From contig NC_058368.1 of the NCBI RefSeq assembly GCF_018350175.1, positions 195,240,001 to 195,304,000 of the forward strand: 64,000 nt of DNA. Reading direction: 5' to 3'. Position 1 is the first letter of the stretch; every line of letters starts with the position of its first letter. This stretch comes from Felis catus (taxonomy: Eukaryota). Below, one piece after another: positions 25,901 to 38,168 of the stretch. The translations under genes were made by a program, and so were the position numbers. The notes under the pieces were generated by a model, which worked only from the letters and a program-made list of their open reading frames with translations, was not told the DNA's origin and did no database searches.

Positions 25901-27030
25901 CATCCTCACGGATGAAAATGACAACCCTCCACAATTTAAAGCATCTGAGTACACAGTGTCCATTCAATCCAATGTCAGTAAAGACTCCCCAGTTATCCAG
26001 GTGTTGGCCTATGATGCAGATGAAGGTCGGAATGCAGATGTCACCTACTCAGTGGACTCAGTGGAGGACTTGGATGAAGAGGTCATTGAAGTCAACCCAA
26101 CTACTGGTGTTGTCAAGGTGAAAGAGAGCCTGGTGGGATTGGAAAACCGAGCCTTTGACTTAAAAATCAAAGCCCAGGACGGGGGGCCTCCTCACTGGAA
26201 CTCTCTGGTGCTGTTACGACTTCAGGTGGTTCCTAATGAAGTATCCTTGCCCAAGTTTTCTGAACCTTTGTATACTTTCTCTGCATCTGAAGATCTTCCA
26301 GAAGGGTCTGAAATTGGTTCTGTTAAAGCAGTGGCAGCTCAAGATCCAGTCATCTATAGTCTAGTGCAGGGCACCACACCAGAGAGCAACAAGGACGGTG
26401 TCTTCTCCTTGGACCGAAACACAGGAGTTCTAAAGGTGAGAAAGGCCATGGACTATGAGTCCACCAAATGGTACCAGATTGATTTGATGGCACATTGTCC
26501 CCATAATGACACTCCCTTGGTCTCCTTGGTCTCTGTCAATATCCAAGTGAAGGATGTCAATGACAATAGGCCTATCTTTGAGGCTGATCCCTATAAGGCT
26601 GTCCTCACTGAGAATATGCCAGTGGGGACCTCAGTCATTCAGGTGACTGCCAATGACCAGGACACTGGGAATGATGGCCAGGTGAGCTACAGGCTGCCAG
26701 CGGATCCTGGTAGCAATATCCATGAGCTCTTTGCCATTGACAGTGAGACTGGCTGGATCACCACACTCCAGGAGCTTGACTGTGAGACACGCCAGACCTA
26801 CCGCTTTTATGTGGTGGCCCATGACCATGGAAGGACCATCCAGCTCTCCTCTCAGGTCCTGGTTGAAGTCTCCATTACAGATGAGAACGACAATGCTCCC
26901 CGATTTGCTTCTGAAGACTATAGAGGATCTGTGGTTGAGAACAGTGAACCTGGTGAACTCGTGGCCACTCTTAAAACCTTGGATGCTGATGTCTCTGAGC
27001 AGAACAGACAGGTCACCTGCTACATTACAG
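22972..27030 (+). CDS. FAT2: FAT2 coding exon 9 (giant 4,059-nt exon, cadherin repeats)
   Basis: ttcag|GGAACAGC ... TTACAG|gtaaga; inside the 1437-aa ORF 22956-27269; GNSEGFF...TCYIT; phase 1 at both ends. Confidence 0.97.
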
Positions 27031-27702
27031 GTAAGAATACTTGTCTTGGAATGGCGGCACTGGGGTACATTGAAAAAAGTCTAGTAAGAGGTGCCCTAAG
27101 ACACGGGTTTAAGTCCTGGCTCTGTGGCTTATTAGATTCCATTTATAGACTTGGCATGCCTATTCTCATTCACTTCACAAGGATGCTGGTAAGATCTAAT
27201 TTGAGAAAGCTCAGACAGCCCCCTGTAAATTGGAAAGTGTTTTGCAGAGAAGATCTCTTATTACTTTAGGTGAAGTAGAAAGAATAGAAAGGAGATACTT
27301 GTAACTGTTCTCGGCTTCTAGAGGATGGAGAAGCCATCAGTAGTCTTATGATCCCTGAAAACTCTGTCAGATGACTGTCCTTGTGGAGTGTATTCTGCCT
27401 AGAGCAAGTTGTGGATACCAGAAAGACTCCTTAAGTCAATCATAGGACCTAAGTGTTGCAGTGAAAACACTCATAGATATGATTCCAGCTCAGTCCCCTC
27501 ATTTCACACACAGGAAAACCAAAGCCCAGATAGGGGCAGAAACTCAACCAAGGTCGCACTCCAAGCCTGAGTCAGATCTGGCATTAAAACCATACTCTAC
27601 GAGCTGCTTTCCCTAGCGGTAGATACCTATTGCAGACTTAAATTACCCCAATCCCTGTCCAGTGACTGAACCAGCTAGCCAGTGGCCATAAAGGAGCTTT
27701 TG

Positions 27703-27917
27703 TTTTTAATTTTTTAATGTTTATTTATTTTTTAGAGAAAGAGAGAGACAGAGCTGAGTGGGGGAGGGGAAGAGAGAGAGGAGACACAGAATCCGAAGCA
27801 GGCTCCAGGCTCTGAGCTGTCAGCACAGAGCTGACACGGGGTTCAAACTCACGGATTGTGAGATCATGACCTGAGCTGAAGTCAGATGCTTAACCGACTA
27901 GGCCACCCAGGTGCCCC
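27703..27917 (-). mobile_element. CAN-SINE
   Basis: Reverse head ...ggccacccaggtgcccc, (GA)n tract and T tail. Confidence 0.9.
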
Positions 27918-28251
27918 AAAATGGTGTTTCTTTATTTCTTGTATAGAATTGAAATTTACTTCCCTTTAACTTCCCCACAATGCCTTCCAAAGCACAAAAA
28001 ATAGGAAATTTGCCCCTCAGCCACATATTTTAGAGTGGTGCTTCTCACGGTGATAATTCCATTTCATAGGAGGCCTTTGAAGCCAGAACCAAATAACTGA
28101 CTCAATAGAAATATGGGTCCCTTATTCAGGGAGGAAAATTTTGTCTTTCCTAGAAATCCTGGAAAAAGTGTCACATGGGCAGCCACCTATGGCACAAAGC
28201 CTGGTTTATTCCTTTTCCTCAGCTCCTGGAAGCTCTGTTCCATCTTTTTAG

Positions 28252-28448
28252 AGGGAGACCCCCTGGGCCAGTTTGGCATCAGCCAAGTTGGAGATGAGTG
28301 GAGGATTTTCTCGAGGAAGACCCTGGACCGTGAGCACACGGCCAAGTACTTGCTCAGAATCACAGCTTCCGACGGCAAGTTCCAGGCTTCGGTCCTCGTG
28401 GAGATCTTTGTTCTGGACATCAATGATAACAGCCCGCAGTGCTCACAG
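28252..28448 (+). CDS. FAT2: FAT2 coding exon 10
   Basis: tttag|AGGGAG ... CACAG|gtaagg; 197 nt; EGDPLGQF...PQCSQ. Confidence 0.95.
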
Positions 28449-29133
28449 GTAAGGGCCGGGTAAGGGTGAGGTGGCAGTGGAGGCAGAAGAGGAAGGAGAA
28501 GGACTCGGGGGACTATCTCTGAGGCTGGCATCACTGACCAGCTCTTGCTTCTCCCCAGCTGGCCTCAGACTAGTGCCCTAGGCAGGGTTCATTCTAGGCA
28601 ATTCCTTCCCTCGACTGCTGCCATAGGGATGTCACCAAGTTCTTTAGAACCCCTGGTCCATACTTTTCCCCCTATACTCCCTACAAAGGTCTACTTCCCT
28701 GCAAAATACATCCAGAAGTAAAGTAACTTCTTTATTCTCCAAGCACAATCTGCTGTGCCCAGGGGGGAAACCCCTCTTCCACTCAGCTTGTTAGCTTGGC
28801 TCATTACATCCAAAGAGACCTGCCCCCAGAGACACCCCACACTACTTTCATGCCCATATATACATATCCCCACACCTACATGGATAATACAGACCTTAGA
28901 TGCCCTCCTCAAGTTTGTAAGTATACACAAACATGCAGGCAGGGCAGTTGCATTTTTGCTGAGGACTTCACTTAATTCAACCCTAAATTACTCTTGAAAA
29001 CAAACGTTGAATCGTGGTGGTGGTGGTGTGTGTGTGTGTGCACGTGTGTGTATGTTGGGAAGAGAACTGTGTTCTTAGAGGACCTAAGCGAGTAATCATT
29101 GCCACGTAGCTTTGTGTTGAAACATATTTTTTA

Positions 29134-29337
29134 CATTTCTTTATTTTTGGGAGACAGAAAGAGACAAAGCATAGAGGGGGAGGGGCAGAGAGAGAGAGGG
29201 AGGCACAGAATCCGAAGCAGGCTCCAGGCTCCGAGCTGTCAGCACAGAGCCCGACGCGGGGCTCGAACCCACGGACCAGGAGATCATGACCTGAGCCGGA
29301 GTCGGATGGTCAACTGACTGAGCCACCCAGGTGCCCC
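29134..29337 (-). mobile_element. CAN-SINE
   Basis: TSD aaacatatttttta at 29120-29133 and 29339-29352. Confidence 0.92.
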
Positions 29338-29474
29338 TAAACATATTTTTTAAAATACAGTAAATAATTCTTAACTCTGGTGGTTTGCATTGCCTCAAAG
29401 TTTTCAAATAGAACATTTTACTGTTATAACATTTCAAGTTACAGTAATTCAAATTTACATAAAATCCAGCCATT

Positions 29475-29770
29475 CAGTATATATACATAAATACAAACTT
29501 ACACATACTCACTCGTACACACACACAAAGGATCCTCTACAACTCTACATATACATGCAAATACCCATACATATATACACACACAGATACATAAGCATAT
29601 ACCTGCATACACACAACATTCATCCATCTGTATACTCATCCAGACGTGGAAATACACATATATAACTCACACAAACATACTTACATGTGCATTGCATATA
29701 TATACGCACTTCACTTATTTGCACACATTGATGCAACACATACCTTATAACACAAAAAATACATATATCC
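29475..29770. repeat. Degenerate CA/TA-rich low-complexity tract
   Basis: About 300 nt of decayed (CATA)/(CA) units. Confidence 0.75.
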
Positions 29771-30804
29771 CATCACCTTTTCTTCCTCTGTCTTCTACAC
29801 ACCAACTCCAGAAAATCATAGTAGAAAAAGAAAACCTATATTATCAGGTGCATGGAAAATGCCTTTGTGGGATCCAAGATGACCACCTTTTGGGTCTCAG
29901 AAGGGCAGCCTTTCTTGGGGAGGATGGTGGCCATACTTTCTTCCTCTTTCCCCTTAACTATCCTTGCAACCAGCCTGCATCCTCCCCATGCTGGGAGAGG
30001 CCAGGACCAAGCTCGCCCTGGCCTTCCCAGAGGTGGTCAACTGCATCACTAGAGTCAGAGAAAAGAGGTCTGGGTGGCCATCTCTATGCAGCCCACCCAG
30101 GCCCAAATCCTCCACCCAGAGCAGGGTGTCACGCTCACCCACACCCTGCAGTGGGGGAAACCAGTTTGCTTGGAACCTGTGCCCAGAGCCAGCAGGTAGA
30201 GGAACATTGGGCTCCTGGGGAGCTCCAGCCTCTCCCCTGTGCCATATCCCCTGCTATGAAGGTACCTGCAGTGAAGGGAGGATGGGGGCAGGCCCTGGGG
30301 GCTCTCAGGGTCCAGACCTGACTCAAACAGCCAAGGGTCTGTCTTGGGGTGTAGGCAGGTGAGCCTGACAGCATGGCCTCACCACAGAGACCAGGATGCC
30401 TGGCCTGGAGGGAGTGGCTTGACCTGACACCTTCCAGAACGCCTCACATCAGGCTCATCTCACCAACCTCCTCCAGAAGCCTCAAAGGACCCGTGTGGAG
30501 TAGGTGGAAGCAGGTCCTTCTAGCTCTGAGTGTGGGCTTTTGATGGTGGATCTTCTCTCTCGTTCCCCATTCATTCTCTTTCTTTTCCGACTAGTCCTCT
30601 TGCCATCCTGCTCCTTGTTTGCAATCTCCGTTTTCCTTGCAGTTTCACCTTCTCTTTTAACCACGCCCTGCTTCCCTCTCTTCCCCTCTCCCCATCTTGC
30701 TCTCTGACCTCTCTCTCTCTGTTTCTCTCTCCCTCTCTGTCATTCTGCCTCTCTCTCAGTCAGGCGTATCTCCCACAATCTTCCTCTTTGTGTTCCATCT
30801 CCAG

Positions 30805-30958
30805 CTTCTCTATACTGGCAAAGTCAGTGAAGATATATCTCCAGGACACTTCATTTTGCAAGTCTCTGCAACAGACTTGGACTCCGAAACCAACGCTCAG
30901 ATCACATATTCTCTGCATGGTCCTGGAGCAGATGAATTTAAGCTGGATCCTCATACAG
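30805..30958 (+). CDS. FAT2: FAT2 coding exon 11
   Basis: ccag|CTTCTC ... TACAG|gtgggt; 154 nt; [10 protein letters not shown]...DPHT. Confidence 0.95.
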
Positions 30959-32479
30959 GTGGGTTTCCTGAGCTGCGGGATCCAGCCAAGAACTTACTTA
31001 GTGAATACCAGTGACAAGTGCCATGCTAGGCTCCTTGGAGAAGAAGCGAGAATTCACTTGTCCATCCATCCATTCACTCAGCAAACATATTGGTACTATG
31101 TGCCAAGTATTGCACTAGATGGCGGGACATAATCAATAGACGGACGGGCTCTGGGTCTTATGGGAAAAGCAGTCATCAGATCAGTGGTTTGAACGTGCTG
31201 AGTTAAGAAAAAACGCAAGATGCTAAGGGAAGGTTTGACAGGAGCAGGGAGAGAGCCCTGGGGGCAGAGTTAAGGGAGTCGGAGGGATGGACACTCAAGG
31301 AGAATTTATACAAGGACCTTGTTTTAGGAGAGAGCACATTCATCTGAGGTCCTGATGCAAGGCCAGAAACTAGTGCACAGAGGGGAGGAGATAGGCCAAG
31401 GGTAGGGGTGGGGGGGGGCACAAACTCCACCTTTAGAGCCATCAGAGGATTTAGGCAGGTGAGCTTCATGGTCAAGGACATGATCTCAAGACGTGTATGC
31501 TGCAGACCTCAAAATATTATTGCAGAAAATCCCAAGAGAGAAAGTCTATAGAAGTCTAGCCCAGGTCAGGCACGTAGTACAAGTTCAGTGGATGCAGTTG
31601 ACACTGTCATTATTATTAGAGGACAAAGCCCAGAGCTGGAAACAGAGAGCCCTGCAGGGTAGACCACCAATGCCTGGGAGAGGATGGGCTGTGAGAGTCT
31701 GATGGAGAAGACAGGATGGGGTCTGCTTCCTTTGGAAAAACGGCCGCACAGTGGGATCCCCATCCAGCTGCGATGGGGGAAGGTGTGGGCATGGGCAGCA
31801 CAGAAGGCCCAGGCCACAGACGGCCAGCTGCTGACACTTGGCTTGGAACCAAGAGCTCAAAGGATGGCTTGGAGATTCCTGAGCAGGGAGGTGGCAGGTG
31901 AGAGTGGTGTCCCAGGAAGCTGTCTGGATAAATAGGAGACAACCTTGTCCTTTCTCATTCCAGCATGGGCGTGCTGAGTCACCCCAGGCAGGTTACCTAA
32001 TCTCTCTCTGGGGCTGTTTGTTCAGCTGCAGGATGATTGGTGGGGTCTTAAAAAAACGGGGTGGTTTTTTCTAAATATGGAAATAATACATGCTCATTGT
32101 ACAAAAATCCAAACACCGTGGGCGTGTATTATGCAGAAACTGGAAAGTCTGTATAATAATCAGCCCCTCCCCAAAGAGAAGCACTCTAGAATACTATTTT
32201 GTGACTTGCTTTTTTTCACATAGCAACATCTTGGAGGTATTAACAAGGCATTACATAAAACTCTATCATAATTCCTTTTGGGTCGCACAGTATTTTACTG
32301 TATGGCTAATTCGTAATATATCTAACCAGTCCCTTTTTGAAAGACATACAGGATATTTTCAGTATGTTGCTATTATAAACAGTGCTACAGAGAATATCTT
32401 TATACATACATTTTTATCCTTGGGTTGATTATTCCATAGGATATATTCTTAGATGTGAAATCGTGGGCCAAAGGATACA

Positions 32480-32687
32480 TTTTTTTTTAATGTTTATTTT
32501 ATTTTTGAGAGACAGAAACAGCACGAGCCGGGAAAGGGGCAGAGAGAGGGGGAGACACAGAATCTGAAGCAGGCTCCAGGCTCTGAGCTGTCAGCACCGA
32601 GGGGGCTTGAACTCACCATCTGTCAGATCTGTGAGATCATGACCTGAGCCGAAGTCGGATGCTTTACTGGCTGAGCCACCCAGGCGC
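32480..32687 (-). mobile_element. CAN-SINE inside an old L1M relic (about 32060-32760)
   Basis: TSD gccaaaggata at 32467-32477 and 32688-32698; AT-rich L1M-like flanks. Confidence 0.88.
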
Positions 32688-32995
32688 GCCAAAGGATAAA
32701 CACATTTTATGTGTTGTTAGAAATTGTCTAGTCGCCCTTTAAAAATGTTGTGCCTCTTTGTAGCTCATTGGTGAGAATCTGAAATTGGTGATGTGTTTGG
32801 GACAATTAGGGAAGCAGGCAGGTGTGGGGCTGAGCTTCTCTCCTAACTGTATATACTCCCTTTTCTCTGACCCCTTTTTGTCACAGAGTGACAAAACTCT
32901 ATGTCCCTGTGGTTGCCTTGTGTAGATACCTAGAAGGCATGTGCTGGAGGCATGTCCCCCTGAGAAAGCTCACTGGCTGTCGTTTCTCTGGCCAG

Positions 32996-33229
32996 GGGAG
33001 CTGACCACCCTTACAGCCCTAGACCGAGAGAAGAAGGACACGTACAGCCTTGTTGCCAAGGCGACGGATGGAGGCGGCCAGTCGTGCCAGGCAGATGTGA
33101 CCCTCTACGTGGAGGATGTGAATGACAATGCCCCCAGTTTCTTCCCCAGCCACTGTGCTGTGGCTGTCTTCGACAACACCACGGTGAAGACCCCCGTGGC
33201 TGTGGTATTGGCCCGGGATCCCGACCAAG
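32996..33229 (+). CDS. FAT2: FAT2 coding exon 12
   Basis: ccag|GGGAGC ... CCAAG|gtgagg; 234 nt; [12 protein letters not shown]...DPDQ. Confidence 0.96.
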
Positions 33230-33808
33230 GTGAGGAGGAGAATGATTGGAGGCCCTTTGCTCATGGGGTCACCTGGGATGGGATGAGGGTTTGGCTCTCT
33301 GTGTGTTGCTCTGGGGCTTAGCAAGGACTGTGCCTCCTTGCTGAGTCTGCGAACACTTACAAGAGGAAAACGTCCACAACACCGCAGACCTAAGTGCTAT
33401 GTGACAAAAGATTTGGGCAATCTTTTGAGGCCGGTACAGGGCATTTCGGCCTCATTGTTTGTCACTGGCACTTAGACCTGAGCCCTTTCAATGCTGCCAT
33501 TTAACCTCAAGGACACTTTAAATACAAACATCTAATCTGAAATACACGAATCGGAATTATTCAACTCCAATGAATTTGCCACAAGAAAGGAATTTGGGGC
33601 ATAAACTCTATTAAGCCTATTAAATCCTTTGATCAATTTTCTATATGATAAAGTGAAATCATTTTCAATATTTTACATCTTAACTTTAATGACATTATTT
33701 GCATTAGGGTTAATTCTTTTTTTTTTTTTAATTTACAAGGCAAGTTTGATTCATGCATGAGTATTTGTTCCATATTGTACCAATTATAACTTCTGCCATC
33801 ATGAAGTA

Positions 33809-33863
33809 GTGTGTGTACGTGTGTATGTATATATGTATATATACACATACATACACACACACA

Positions 33864-33913
<50 letters not shown>

Positions 33914-33916
33914 CAC
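33809..33916. repeat. (GT)/(CA)/(TA)n compound microsatellite
   Basis: Includes about 20 perfect AT units at about 33867-33906. Confidence 0.92.
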
Positions 33917-35342
33917 AGTGCATATGCCCAATTTTCTTAAGTTTTAGACAGGCATTGAATGAGATGGAAGATTTTAAGGGGATCTAGGAGTTCAAGAGAA
34001 GGCAAATAGAGCAAAGTCATCTAATGGCTACCAGGCCCTACATAGTGCTCAATTACCTAGTACTTGGACTCTTCCTGGGACAGGAAGCTCCCTACTTCCT
34101 AGGCAACTACTCGCCTGCCTTTCAAGGTACCTCCCTACTTCCTAGCAGCTACCTACTGACCTTCCATGGTACCTCAGATAATTATCAAGTGCTACCTATT
34201 TTGAGTTGACACCTGTCATTCCTGGTCCTGCCCTCTGTAGCCACACAGATCTCCTAGACCCTCGCCCACGACAGCCTTTCTGAGGCCGGGAGGTGGTGAT
34301 TACCTGCTCCAGCCCCAAGCTTTCCTCCCTGGGTGAAGGAGACCTAGTTCCTTCAATTACATGCTTCCGATCATGCCTTCTTTCTAGGACACATCCCGTG
34401 GCGTTACACCAGTTTACAATTAACCCTTCAAAACTGTTATTATTCTAACCCAAATATTCCACCCAGATATTCCAAATGTGGCCTGACCAGAAGCTCCCTC
34501 TCTCTAGAAAAATGCATATATGGGGGAGTTCCATGGCATGCACATTTAATTTATGTAAATCCAACTATTCTAATAGGCAGTTTCTGCCGTCATTCAACCG
34601 AAAGGGTGTGTGTCCCCATATGTGTGTGAGATGTGAGACCCTCAGGCTCAGGGATGCACTCCTCCCATTGGGTGAGGATCTTGTAGCTGAGCCTTCGCTC
34701 TTCTTCCTGCACGTCAGCCCCTACACAAGCCAACTGCTTCAGCTAGTACACAACCAAAGAAAGTAACAGAATCTGAGCCAAAGCTGGAGAAACATTGTGT
34801 GTTTTGATTTACTAAGAACTTTCCATACCCATGGAGATGTGTGTCTCCTTAGTGTTTTATTTTGGCATAATGATAGACACCTAGGAAGCTGCAAAAATAG
34901 TACTGGGAGGTCCCTGCACGGTTCCCCCAACTTCCCCCAGTGGTGGCATTTTAGCTGCAGCAGGAATTTGGGGCTGGGACATTACTGGTAACTGGACTTT
35001 ACTCCTTATTCAGATTTTACCAGTTTCTATATGCACTCATTTGAATGTGTGCATGTGAGCACACGTTTTTGTGTGTATGGTTCTATTCCATATTATTCCA
35101 CATATAGTTTCATGTAACCACCACCATAACCAAGATACGGAATTGTTCTATCACAACCGAGCAACTCAACATAGATGGTTTTGACCTTGTACAATTTTCA
35201 CTTTATGAGCTGATGTTAGACTCTAACCCCACATAAACATTTTCAGATAATTTCATGGGTTTGCAGATGTCCTACCCTCCAGAACCTTTCTATGAGGACT
35301 TGAAGCCCCTGGTGAAGAATCCTCTACAGAGAGGTTCTCACT

Positions 35343-35607
35343 CTTTTTTTTTTTTTTAATTTTTTAAAATGTTTCTATTTATTTTTGAGAGAGAGACAGA
35401 GACAGAGACAGAGACAGAGACAGAGAGACAGAGCATGAGTGGGGGAGGGACAGAGAGAATGAGGGAGACACAGAATCGAAAGCAGGCCCCAGGCTCTGAG
35501 CTGTCAGCACACAGCCCCGATGCAGGGCTCGAATTCGTGAACCACGAGATCATGACCCGAGCTGAAGTCAGACGTCTGCTTAACCAACTGAGCCACCCAG
35601 GTGCCCC
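35343..35607 (-). mobile_element. CAN-SINE with (GAGACA)n expansion
   Basis: Perfect 15-bp TSD agagaggttctcact at 35328-35342 and 35611-35625. Confidence 0.93.
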
Positions 35608-35744
35608 AATAGAGAGGTTCTCACTGTTAACACAGCCTGAGCATGTTAGCCCTTATGGGGACCCTCCTCCCCAGGCCCTCCTGTGGCTAGAAATTTCACT
35701 GCAAGCAGGGCCAGAAGGAACCATGCCCTTGGTCTTCCCAACAG

Positions 35745-36128
35745 GTGCCAACGCCCAAGTGGTTTACTCTCTGACGGACTCTGCCGAAGGCCATTTTTCC
35801 ATTGAGGCCACCACGGGTGTGATTCGGCTAGAGAAGCCGCTACGGGTCAAGCCACAGGAAGCACTGGAGCTCACCGTCCGTGCCTCTGACCTGGGCTCCC
35901 CGATACCGCTGTCCACACTGGGCACAGTCACCGTGTCAGTGGTAGGCCTCGATGATTACCTGCCTGTGTTCCTGAGCACTGAGCACAGCGTGCAGGTGCC
36001 CGAGGACGCCCAGCTTGGCACGGAGGTGCTGCAGCTGGCTACCCTCACTCGCCCCGGCGCCGAGAAGACCGGCTACCGTGTGGTCAGTGGGAACGAGCAG
36101 GGGAGGTTCCGCCTGGATGCCCGCACAG
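35745..36128 (+). CDS. FAT2: FAT2 coding exon 13
   Basis: acag|GTGCCA ... CACAG|gtgagc; 384 nt; GANAQVVY...DART. Confidence 0.96.
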
Positions 36129-36739
36129 GTGAGCCAGCACCTGAGGCAACCTCATCCTCTACATGCACTTACACACACAGGGTCTTGGGGAACACTGGCT
36201 TCACGTATGGGGGGTGCCCCCTGCAGACCCTCCTGGGGCAGAACTCCTTTGGCTCTGTGCATCTCTCCAGGTCCCATGTTCCTTCCTTTACCCTGGGGCC
36301 AGCCTATCTGGGGACCCCCTTTATTCCTCCGCATCCCCACCCAGGACCCTTGGTGACCCAGTCTTCTCTCACAGTTTGTAGCTTCATGCTCCCAGCTCCG
36401 GGCCACCTTCTGGAGGCTGAGGCCACTCTCTGTCCTCAGCTGCAGAGGCATGAAGCACTTGCTGGAATCTGGGGCATAAGCAGCCCAGGGCAGGGCCACC
36501 TGCTTCCCACCTCTAGCCCTCCCCAAATATCCCAGCACTACCCCCTCTCCCCTTATTCTTACGAAGAGAGAACTGGGGAACACTCTCTTCTTTCCTCCTG
36601 GCCACAGAAAAGTCTAAGTCAGACGCACAGAACCTCGTGGAGGGGCCTCAGAGGCTGCCCAGGTCAGATCCCTTTCCACAGCACCCCCGCAATGATACTC
36701 TCTACCTCCTAAAGCAGCTGTCTTGTCGTTGAGCAGTGT

Positions 36740-37450
36740 TTTTTAATGGCTGTACTATATAAAAAAAATAGAACAGCGTAATGAACCCCATGTTCCCATC
36801 ACCTAGCTTCAGTAATTGTCAACATAGGCCAGTCTGATTTCATCTTTACCCTTCACCACCACCCCCATGCACACATATTGCATTTGGTTAGTTATTTTAA
36901 TCTCTTACATTTTCCTCTCCTTTATTTGCCGTGTGGTCTAACTAATGAAACGTGGGTCAGTGTCAGGCAGAACTTTTCTATTTTGGATTGACTAGTAGCT
37001 GTATCTTTATGATGTCATACATCTCTCTAGCCCTCATATTCCTTATAAATCACATTTGAATGAAAGACCTTGATCAGGTTCAAGCTCAATTTTGTGGCAA
37101 CAGTGCTTCAGAGATGAGGCTGTGCTGTACTTTGCACTATGGTGGGAGGCATATGATAACTGATGGGTTTTTTCTGAGGTTAAGACTGACAATGAGCTTG
37201 CATGTTGTGAACCTGACCCATCCATTATAGATGGATCCTTCTAATGGTTTTAGCAAACGTTGGTGATTATTCCCTAGATACATGATTTCATTAGGGGCAG
37301 AAAAGGGGCAGCCTTCTAATCTTATCATTCCTCATTCATTTACTAACTAGAAGTCTTTATAAAGAAGATTTTTCTACCATTAAATATTTGGTTATCCAGG
37401 AATAGCCGGATACATCCTTCTTCTTTTCCAACTGTCAGAGAAATAAATCT
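36740..37450 (-). mobile_element. Old L1M (L1MC-like) fragment
   Basis: aatgaaccccatgttcccatcacctagcttcagtaattgtcaacat resembles reversed old L1 3' regions; boundaries approximate. Confidence 0.5.
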
Positions 37451-37953
37451 ACATCCTAGCAGTTCGTTGAGCAACTTGGAGTATGATAAAAGTCTTTGAA
37501 AACTAAGTTCTGTCATTTATTAGCCGGGCGAACTTGGGCAGCTCATTGACCTCGAGGGCATCAGTTGCCTCACCTAGAACATGGGAACGACAAGTTCTTC
37601 CTGCTCTACAGAGTTATTACAGATCTACATGAGAGAGATTCAGTATTACAGATTTAAGTGAAATTTCAGTGCAGTATTACAAAAATAAATGAGGGAAACA
37701 GTGCTGTTGAGAATGACAGTAAGGGAAGTGAGAGGAGATGAAAGGGAAGAGGAAAGGAGGGTAATGGGGAAATAGAAAACAAAGATGGTGATGTAAGAGA
37801 GGAAGGAAGAGACGATGGAGGACAGGAAGGAGGAGATCTGTTTCTCCCAACCCTGTTGAGCTGCCTCTCGTGGGGTTCAGCTCAAGACCCCTCAGCCCTC
37901 TGCCTTTGTGGTCCCAAATGCTTCATTGCTCCCATTATCTCTTGTTTCTTCAG

Positions 37954-38168
37954 GGATCCTGTATGTCAACAGGAATTTGGACTTTGAGACAAGCCCCAAG
38001 TTCTTCCTCTCCGTAGAGTGCAGCCGGAAAGGCTCTTCCTCCCTCAGTGACATGACTACAATCGTGGTCAACATCACTGATGTCAACGAACACCGGCCCA
38101 GATTCCCCCAGGATCTGTACACCACAAGGGTCTTGGAGAACGCTGCCGTGGGTGATGTCGTGCTCACA
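37954..38168 (+). CDS. FAT2: FAT2 coding exon 14
   Basis: tcag|GGATCC ... CTCACA|gtaagg; 215 nt; [12 protein letters not shown]...VVLT. Confidence 0.96.

Noticed and set aside
27031..27269. ORF extensions past splice donors (also 3170-3267, 17185-17475, 36129-36712)
   Set aside because: Intronic read-through: cadherin similarity stops exactly at the GT donors and resumes in phase at the next exon
29390..30362. His/Thr/Tyr-rich and 209-aa ORFs
   Set aside because: Products of CA/TA low-complexity and GC-rich intron sequence; no splice or domain support
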